DNA of 32,000 nt from the NCBI RefSeq assembly GCF_900079115.1, contig NZ_LT549890.1:2040001-2072000 (forward strand). The letters are read 5' to 3'. Numbering within the stretch: position 1 is the stretch's first letter; the number at the start of each line of letters is the position of its first letter. Under the pieces are notes generated by a model. It did not search any database, was not told where the DNA came from, and worked only from the letters and a program-made list of their open reading frames with translations. The position numbers and the translations under genes were made by a program. The stretch comes from Saccharolobus solfataricus (GTDB lineage: Archaea > Thermoproteota > Thermoprotei_A > Sulfolobales > Sulfolobaceae). Shown here piece by piece: positions 25,517 through 32,000 of this stretch.

Positions 25517-26690
25517 TATCCTCTAAGTCTTGAATAATGTCATTATACAATATTAATACTTCTTCCAAATTTGCCAAATAAGCTATGAAGTTGTTGGATA
25601 AATTCTGTCTAACATATTCGTCAAGTAAATCTAATCCATCCGCTGTAGGACCATTTATTATTCTTTCAACATACTCTTCAAATTTTTTCTTTGAATCAGC
25701 AAGTATTATAAAAGCAATAGGTATGATACTTAATATATCCTTGGATGTGAAATTGACGTCCTTTACTACATCAGAGCTAACTCCGCTATAGTGAATAGAA
25801 CTTAATCCATGTTTCTTAGTTACTTTACTTTCGACCTTATTTTTTAACTTATCTATAGATAAAGGTAGGTAAGAAATAGGAGACGGATTGCCAATAATAA
25901 CATCTACTCCAATATTATTGGAAATTCTATCCAAGTACATTATTGCCCTAAGCAATCTGGCTAATTTGTGTTTTTTAACCGAGCTAGGCTTCTTTCCTAC
26001 GTTAAACCCTATAAGGTATTTGAAGATACATCCCGCGTAAATAGTTTTACCATTTTGTATAGGATTTTCAGCTGGTAATAGATTATATTCTACAAACTCC
26101 CTATAAATCAAAGTATATTCCTCCTCGTTTATCAAAGACTTTAAGTAGTCTTCGAAGTTCTCTATGTTTTCTCTCCTCGATTCAACAACTTGGCCCAACT
26201 CGTTGTATTTCTTAATTATCGGAGGATTATACGACATGTCAATAAATATTTGAAGAATAGGAAAGGAATCTTCACTCCTTAATACAGTGGCTGCGTAAGC
26301 ATTGTTAGGAAATCTAACAACACCCACTATTACTCTAGAATTGACATCGCTAGATAACGCTACATGTTTTGAAGAAGCTAAGGCTAATCTTTCCATATCA
26401 AACCATTCTTTACTTAATCGTAGAGTCTCTGAATTAGTATCAATATTTCCGTAATTGTAAACTATTGAATCTACCTTTAATTCCTCCGCTACTTCCTCTA
26501 TTACGTCCTTAATGAGAGAATCTATTTGGGGAATTGGTGGTAAAATATAGTGCTCCTCAGTCTTATATATATGGACGCCATTATCTTGTAGTTTTATTAA
26601 CATTATCTCCTTTCTATTACCCTTGTCGTCAATTAGAGAGCATAGAATCTCTGGTTTTTCAGGGTTTGAGTATACTTCTAATAGTCCCAC
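25503..26690 (-). CDS. Hypothetical 395-aa protein, no recognisable motif; translationally coupled to the Cld-family gene
   Basis: A long ORF with a GTG start. Its 3' end overlaps the downstream start by 14 nt. I found no Walker, metal-binding or other known signature. Confidence 0.7.
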   Translation of the reverse strand: MGLLEVYSNPEKPEILCSLIDDKGNRKEIMLIKLQDNGVHIYKTEEHYILPPIPQIDSLIKDVIEEVAEELKVDSIVYNYGNIDTNSETLRLSKEWFDMERLALASSKHVALSSDVNSRVIVGVVRFPNNAYAATVLRSEDSFPILQIFIDMSYNPPIIKKYNELGQVVESRRENIENFEDYLKSLINEEEYTLIYREFVEYNLLPAENPIQNGKTIYAGCIFKYLIGFNVGKKPSSVKKHKLARLLRAIMYLDRISNNIGVDVIIGNPSPISYLPLSIDKLKNKVESKVTKKHGLSSIHYSGVSSDVVKDVNFTSKDILSIIPIAFIILADSKKKFEEYVERIINGPTADGLDLLDEYVRQNLSNNFIAYLANLEEVLILYNDIIQDLEDNEPK

Positions 26691-27073
26691 TATCCCATCC
26701 TACTTAAATTTGTTAATACAGATACTTTTATTAGGATTATGGTAGAAAAACCTTTTCCATGTCTAATAACAATAGTTCATCCACCACCAGCTAATTCTCC
26801 TTATTCCTTAGGTAAGTTTTACTCCAAACCTCATTATAATAACGTTATCATTCGAAAACAGTTCTCCCATCATATAGAGATATGTTTAGTTCAAAACTTC
26901 TCCATACCTTAAAAGGTCTCCTGCATAAGTTCTATGTGATAGGATTAAGAGTGTCATATATATCCGTTTAAATCTAAATTTAAGGCATTAGCCAGCTATA
27001 ACTTGATCTGGATTACGAATATCTAAAATAAGTGATAAATAAAGATAAATCAGTAGAGTCATTGATATAATCG

Positions 27074-27601
27074 ATGTTAGAAGAGTCGAAGAATGCTTTA
27101 AGGGTATTTATAACTGGTAACCCCGGTGTTGGGAAAACTACAATATTACTCTTTTTAATTAATAAATTAAGTGAGAATAATTACAAAGTTGCTGGATTTT
27201 ATTGCCCAGAGGTGAGAGAGAATGGAAGAAGAATAGGTTTTAGAATAGTAGATATAACTACCAATGAAGGAGACTGGTTGGCTAAAGAAAACGCGCCTGG
27301 AAGAGTGAAAATAGGGAAATATACAGTTTTAGAAGATAGTGCTAAAAGAATAACTGAGATTACATTGTCTAACATTAATAAGGCAGATGTTTTAGCAATA
27401 GACGAAATTGGGCCAATGGAGTTAAAAATACCTACAATAAAGAAATTAATTGAGACTATTCTAAATAATCAAAAACCTTTGATTGCAGTGTTACATAGGA
27501 CACAAAAACCCATGGGAGGAAGAATCTACGTAATTACCGTTGAAAATAGGGATTCGATAAAGTACGAGATTTTGAATTACATATTAAGTAGCCTAGATTA
27601 A
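27074..27601 (+). CDS. THEP1-type nucleoside triphosphatase (P-loop NTPase)
   Basis: Walker A is GNPGVGKTT and Walker B is VLAIDEIGPMEL. It is 175 aa. Confidence 0.8.
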   Translation: MLEESKNALRVFITGNPGVGKTTILLFLINKLSENNYKVAGFYCPEVRENGRRIGFRIVDITTNEGDWLAKENAPGRVKIGKYTVLEDSAKRITEITLSNINKADVLAIDEIGPMELKIPTIKKLIETILNNQKPLIAVLHRTQKPMGGRIYVITVENRDSIKYEILNYILSSLD

Positions 27602-27681
27602 CTTCTTCTATGGCCTTTTCTAAATTCTCTTCATTCAGATGGTATTATACGTTAAATATTTGCTCAACAAATATTCTCATA

Positions 27682-28524
27682 ATGGTAATGCATGAATATA
27701 TCAGAAAATCACTCACAATAGATTGTGAAGCTGTTACTAACTATATTGTGGAAAGGATAAGGGAGTATCTTGAATTTAGCAATAAGAAAGGAGGAGTAAT
27801 AGGGGTAAGCGGGGGAGTGGATTCAGCGGTAACTGCAACGCTTCTTGCTAAAGCTACTGATAATTTCTTCATACTTCTCATGCCTTCCTCTTCAACGCCA
27901 AAGATAGATTTGGATGATTCATTCGAAATGATAAAATTCCTTAATGCACAAAATAAATACAAATTAATTAATATAGATGAAATTGTGAAGTCATTTTCAA
28001 ATAAAATAGAAACAGAAAATAAATATATAATAGGCAACATAAAAGCTAGAGTTAGAATGATAATACTTTACGCTTATGCGCAAATGTTAGATTACTTGGT
28101 GGTAGGAACTGGAGACAAGAGTGAGCTACTATTAGGATACTTCACAAAGTATGGGGATGGAGGTGTTGATGTTTTACCAATAGGTGATTTGTACAAGACA
28201 CAGGTTAGAATGCTAGGAAAATGTTTAGGGTTACCGGAAAGAATAGTCACAAAACCAAGTTCCCCAGCCTTATGGGAAGGACAAACAGCAGAAGGAGAAT
28301 TAGGAATTGACTATGAAACAATAGATTCAATACTATATTTAAGATTCGATGAAATGAGAAGCGAAGACGAGATAGTGAAAATGTTGGGAATTCCTATAGA
28401 TATTGTTAAAAAAGTTGATAGACTAGTTAAAATCTCTCAACACAAGAGGCTACCCCCAGAGATCTTTAGGTTAAGTGGAAGGGCAATAAACTCAGACTGG
28501 AGGTTCCCTAGAAGATGGGCATAA
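27682..28524 (+). CDS. nadE: NAD+ synthetase (NadE, PP-loop ATP pyrophosphatase)
   Basis: PP-loop GVSGGVDSAV, then GTGDKSELLLGYFTKYGDGG and DLYKTQV. The track ORF starts at 27610. I prefer ATG 27682 because the TATA-like gttaaatatt is about 27 nt upstream. Confidence 0.85.
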   Translation: MVMHEYIRKSLTIDCEAVTNYIVERIREYLEFSNKKGGVIGVSGGVDSAVTATLLAKATDNFFILLMPSSSTPKIDLDDSFEMIKFLNAQNKYKLINIDEIVKSFSNKIETENKYIIGNIKARVRMIILYAYAQMLDYLVVGTGDKSELLLGYFTKYGDGGVDVLPIGDLYKTQVRMLGKCLGLPERIVTKPSSPALWEGQTAEGELGIDYETIDSILYLRFDEMRSEDEIVKMLGIPIDIVKKVDRLVKISQHKRLPPEIFRLSGRAINSDWRFPRRWA

Positions 28525-29327
28525 AAGTGGAATTAGCCCAAATAAGATCTTATCCCGGGGACGTCTATAGGAACTACAAGAAACATTTAGAAATAATAGA
28601 GAGCAGTAGCGCAGATTGTGTAATCTTTCCAGAACTGTCCTTAACTGGTTACATTATAAAGGACTTAACATATGAAATATACAAAGACGCAGAGGAGGCT
28701 ACACAGAAAATAGCAGAGAAAGTTAACAAGTGTGTGGTGTTTGGAACAATAAGGCAAGTTAGGAAAGGAATATTAAGAAACTCAGCAGCAGTTATCATTA
28801 ACGGGAAATTGGATTACATATATAAGTTTTATCTTCCAACATATGGATTATTTGAGGAGAGGAGATATTTCCAAAGAGGAGATCCACTGAAAGATCTGAA
28901 AATTTTTGAGTACAAAGACTTAAAATTTGGAGTAGTAATTTGTGAGGATGCTTGGCATCCGGAACCAATAGAGGCGTTATCGCTTATGGGAGCTGACGCA
29001 ATTTTCATACCCTCAGCCTCACCAATGCGAAAACTAAGAGAAAACTTGGCAATAGAAGAGAGTTGGGACTCGCTTTTGAAAGCTCATTCATTAATGAATA
29101 CTGTATGGACTGTTTTCACAAATGTTGTAGGTAGTCAAGAGGAGGAGTACTTTTGGGGAGGATCTAGAGTAGTTTCGCCATTAGGAGATGTAAAACTTAA
29201 ACTAAAACTATTTTATGAGGATAGGGGAACTATAGAGATCACTGAAAATGAATTGCTTAGAGCTCGGTTCTTTAGTAGTTATAGGGATCATATAAGGGAG
29301 TTCCATTCAATTCTTGATAAACTATAA
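28515..29327 (+). CDS. Carbon-nitrogen hydrolase (nitrilase superfamily), likely glutaminase partner of NadE
   Basis: Candidate E-K-C triad: FPELSLTGY (Glu), a Lys in the YKFYLP region, and VVICEDAWHPE (Cys). The start overlaps the end of nadE by 10 nt. Confidence 0.8.
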   Translation: MGIKVELAQIRSYPGDVYRNYKKHLEIIESSSADCVIFPELSLTGYIIKDLTYEIYKDAEEATQKIAEKVNKCVVFGTIRQVRKGILRNSAAVIINGKLDYIYKFYLPTYGLFEERRYFQRGDPLKDLKIFEYKDLKFGVVICEDAWHPEPIEALSLMGADAIFIPSASPMRKLRENLAIEESWDSLLKAHSLMNTVWTVFTNVVGSQEEEYFWGGSRVVSPLGDVKLKLKLFYEDRGTIEITENELLRARFFSSYRDHIREFHSILDKL

Positions 29328-29363
29328 CTTTTATAACTCTACATACGATATACATAATTGAAT

Positions 29364-29648
29364 ATGATTTCTCAAAGGTTTAATCTCAATCTCTTACTTT
29401 TACTTATAATTATAATTCTGCTCATCATAGCCATTTTCTATCCAGTGGCTCTTATTCCTGCAGCCCTAGTGGGCGCGTTTATAGACGGCTATCCTTTTGC
29501 AAGAATTTTTATACCGATACCATTATTAATATTATTTCTTTTAGGTCTTCATAACGATTTTTACCCATTTGGCACACTAGCAATGATATTATTATTACTT
29601 CTTTTATTTATTAGAAGTATTACCAAGAATGGAAACTTTAAATTTTAA
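29364..29648 (+). CDS. Small hydrophobic membrane protein
   Basis: The track ORF 29358..29648 has a TTG start, with an ATG two codons in. It has three hydrophobic stretches and is low complexity, so coding status is uncertain. Confidence 0.4.
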   Translation: MISQRFNLNLLLLLIIIILLIIAIFYPVALIPAALVGAFIDGYPFARIFIPIPLLILFLLGLHNDFYPFGTLAMILLLLLLFIRSITKNGNFKF

Positions 29649-29679
29649 ATTTATAAACTACTTCTGCACTATTTTATAT

Positions 29680-29808
29680 ATGGACAATTTAATAAAGGCG
29701 CTACTGATACTAAATCTAATCTTATCACTCACCCTGTCAGAACTATTTGTAATTCCTCTCGTTCTACTCACAGCTAAATTCATTTTATCTAGTGCAAAAA
29801 GAGATTAG
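29680..29808 (+). CDS. Possible 42-aa hydrophobic peptide (MDNLIKALLILNLILSLTLSELFVIPLVLLTAKFILSSAKRD)
   Basis: Hand-found ATG..TAG ORF below the track's size cutoff. The only support is its hydrophobic character and position. Confidence 0.2.
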   Translation: MDNLIKALLILNLILSLTLSELFVIPLVLLTAKFILSSAKRD

Positions 29809-29859
29809 AACACTTGTTCTAAGGCGTAGGGTTTTATCACCTTCTACAATTTTTAATAT

Positions 29860-30129
29860 ATGCTACTAAGATTAGATGAGATCTTCCAAAATAAGGGATG
29901 GGATACGAGAAAAAAGATATTAAATGAATTGGAAGAGAAACCACAAACTGCTTATGAATTATCGAAAAAATTGGGATTAAATTACTCTACTGTAAAATAC
30001 CATTTAGAAATTTTAGAGAAATTCGGATTAGTAAATATTAATAGAGATAAAAATAAATGTTTCTATACTGTGACAAAGAATTATAAAATAGTTGAAAAGT
30101 ATTTAGAGGAGGAAATAAGAAAAAGATAA
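29860..30129 (+). CDS. ArsR-family winged-HTH transcriptional regulator
   Basis: KKILNELEEKPQTAYELSKKLGLNYSTVKYHLEILEKFGLV is a classic ArsR/SmtB HTH segment. Confidence 0.75.
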   Translation: MLLRLDEIFQNKGWDTRKKILNELEEKPQTAYELSKKLGLNYSTVKYHLEILEKFGLVNINRDKNKCFYTVTKNYKIVEKYLEEEIRKR

Positions 30130-30140
30130 CTGAGAAAAGT

Positions 30141-31040
30141 TTGAACGGCAGTTCAATATTTTTCATAGTATTATATCTAATATTTTTAATTATAGGCAAG
30201 ATAAAATATGTAAAAGAAGCCGAGAGAATCGTAGACATCGTAGTTATACTTCTAATATTGACAATCTCATATTGGGCAGGAGAAGAGATCACGAGCAATC
30301 AAGTCTTTAGCCTAGTTATAAGTTCACTAATACTGAGCATATTTTCAATAATTATCACATATTTTTCTGGAGTCGCAATAAGATCTTTTAATAATAGCAC
30401 AAAACTCCTAGTAAAAACTAATAAAGAAAAAGTACCTAATAGAAGCAATAGACAGACGATAATAAAGTATATGTTACCTTTCATATCAGGATGGATCTTT
30501 GGATTATTGTTTCATATAAATGATAATATTGTCATAAACTTAGTAGATTACGAATTGTATGCTTTGGCCTCAGTGCTAGGCTATACGATGGGAAAGGACG
30601 TTAATCGTAAGGTAATTCTAAATAGTAGTAAGGATTCTTTAATCTCATTATTCATAACAATTCTTGGAGATATCATACTAGCACTAGTTATTTACATGTT
30701 ACACATAGCTAACCTTACCATTTCATTTGCTATTGCGTTGGCCAGTGGATGGTATAGTTACGTTGGACCGTTAGTAGCAGTAAGCTCTAATCCCTATTTG
30801 GGTACTCTAGCCTTTCTAATAAATTTCCTTAGAGAACAACTAACTTATGTTTTAGTACCTTTTCTTCTTAGAGTGAAATTTGAACCTAGATCTGCAGTAG
30901 CTGTAGGAGGTGCGACAGCAATGGATACTACACTTCCACTCTATGTAGAAGTTTTGGGAAAAGAGTATGCTCTATCCGCAATGATTACAGGTGTAATATT
31001 AACGCTTATAATACCAATTATTTTACCTCTAATAATCTAA
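30141..31040 (+). CDS. Polytopic membrane protein, possibly DUF340/LysO-type exporter
   Basis: 299 aa with about 8 hydrophobic segments and an internal hydrophilic linker. SGWYSYVGPL resembles DUF340 proteins as I recall them. The family call is tentative. TTG start. Confidence 0.6.
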   Translation: MNGSSIFFIVLYLIFLIIGKIKYVKEAERIVDIVVILLILTISYWAGEEITSNQVFSLVISSLILSIFSIIITYFSGVAIRSFNNSTKLLVKTNKEKVPNRSNRQTIIKYMLPFISGWIFGLLFHINDNIVINLVDYELYALASVLGYTMGKDVNRKVILNSSKDSLISLFITILGDIILALVIYMLHIANLTISFAIALASGWYSYVGPLVAVSSNPYLGTLAFLINFLREQLTYVLVPFLLRVKFEPRSAVAVGGATAMDTTLPLYVEVLGKEYALSAMITGVILTLIIPIILPLII

Positions 31041-31591
31041 ATCTTACCTATTTTTATCAGCAAAATTACTGCAACAATTATTACAATAAGGAGAACAATC
31101 AACGGTAAATAACTATATATTGTTGGGGATGGTGATTCATTTTCAGAATTTATCTGGAATATATATATATGTACGTTTTTACTAGTACCGTTTGCTTGAT
31201 AAAGTATATTGTTGTGATAAATTAGGTTTAATACTATTTCACTCCTATTTAATTTTAAAAATCCCTTATATACAGATATATTTGTGTTATTTTCCATTTT
31301 ACTTAGGATAAGAGTATAATTTCCAATAAGGCTCGCATTTATAAGTAATGCTGGTGGAAATAGGGAATAGTTAGAGATTGTGAAGACCTTATTATAAATT
31401 ATACTTCCATTAGAATTATAGATTGTAAAATTATAGGTTAAAGGAGATATTGATAATATAGTATAATTATATACATATAGATATAAAGTATTATTATAAA
31501 TTATCTGAACGTTATAGGAAAAAGATTGGTGAGGAGAAAGAGGTATTGAAATTAATAATATAAGAAATATAAATGCTAATTGATAAACCAT
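31037..31591 (-). CDS. Exported, C-terminally anchored, sequon-rich (N-glycosylated type) protein
   Basis: It has an N-terminal signal-like segment and a C-terminal TM segment (LPLIVLLIVIIVAVILLI). About 12 N-x-S/T sequons occur in 184 aa. Confidence 0.55.
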   Translation of the reverse strand: MVYQLAFIFLILLISIPLSPHQSFSYNVQIIYNNTLYLYVYNYTILSISPLTYNFTIYNSNGSIIYNKVFTISNYSLFPPALLINASLIGNYTLILSKMENNTNISVYKGFLKLNRSEIVLNLIYHNNILYQANGTSKNVHIYIFQINSENESPSPTIYSYLPLIVLLIVIIVAVILLIKIGKI

Positions 31592-31625
31592 ACATTAATA
31601 ACTCTCTTTTAACTTTATAAAATCT

Positions 31626-32000
31626 ATGAGCGACGAGTGGATTAAAATCTTTGAATCTGATTTTTACGTTCGTGAGATGATAAAAGTATGGGATGAGGGA
31701 GAAAAGTGGGCTAATTGGATAGATGAAGTTGTGAGTAAATACAAGTTAGAAAAGAAGGTTCTAGATATACCTTGTGGAATTGGTAGAGTTTCGTATTTTC
31801 TTGCAAATAGGGGTTATAAGGTTACTGGAATAGATATTTCTGAAAGAATGATATCAATGGCAAGATCCAATATTCAAAACGGAAAATTTATAGTAGGCGA
31901 TATGAGAAAAATAAAGGAAATAATTGGTAATGAAAAGTACGACCTTGTGATAAATATTTACAACAGTTTAGGGTACTATTCCGAAGAAGATGATCTAAAG
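31626..32000 (+). CDS. Class I SAM-dependent methyltransferase, 5' part (continues beyond the right window edge)
   Basis: Hand translation from ATG 31626 gives MSDEWIKIFESDFY...KKVLDIPCGIGRVSYFLANRGYKVTGIDISERMI (motif I plus the acidic loop). The frame is open to the window end. Confidence 0.75.
   Translation, partial: MSDEWIKIFESDFYVREMIKVWDEGEKWANWIDEVVSKYKLEKKVLDIPCGIGRVSYFLANRGYKVTGIDISERMISMARSNIQNGKFIVGDMRKIKEIIGNEKYDLVINIYNSLGYYSEEDDLK

Overview
This is an AT-rich crenarchaeal chromosomal segment. The IS types, leaderless-style TATA spacing and gene set look like Sulfolobales, most like Saccharolobus/Sulfolobus solfataricus; that assignment comes from memory, not from a search.

I support about 40 protein genes, mostly housekeeping or metabolic:
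- Peptidases: an S9 peptidase and an M1 aminopeptidase.
- Redox enzymes: a Mo-hydroxylase large subunit and a 1000-aa FAD/Fe-S oxidase.
- Hydrolases and nucleotide enzymes: HAD hydrolases, HIT, Nudix, NadE plus a separate CN-hydrolase, and a THEP1-type NTPase.
- Others: rhodanese, methyltransferases and a chlorite-dismutase-family protein.

The first 11 kb is an accessory-like zone with three mobile elements:
- A TnpB-only IS200/IS605-type element (about 2255-3600). Its tnpB carries a single frameshift, and its 3' flank is structured like an omega RNA.
- An exactly 1439-bp IS4-family element with perfect 17-bp terminal inverted repeats (3683-5121, ISC1439-like).
- A visibly GC-richer ISC1217-like DDE transposase element (about 9850-11005, ends uncertain).

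I saw no rRNA, tRNA or CRISPR array.

The best candidates for something undescribed are:
1. An overlapping two-gene cassette of a ribbon-helix-helix protein and a retropepsin-like (DTGF) aspartic protease (21731-22446).
2. A translationally coupled pair of a chlorite-dismutase-family protein and a 395-aa orphan protein (24845-26690).
3. A GC-rich, about 120-nt multi-stem element in an AT-rich spacer (9112-9232).

Other oddities:
- Two paralogous type-IV-pilin-like genes bracket an IS-flanked block.
- A methyltransferase has its SAM motif upstream of any canonical start codon.
- A DsrE-like gene is frameshifted several times.
- One TATA box sits equidistant from two divergent genes.

All functional calls rest on motifs I could read by eye. 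No database search was run.
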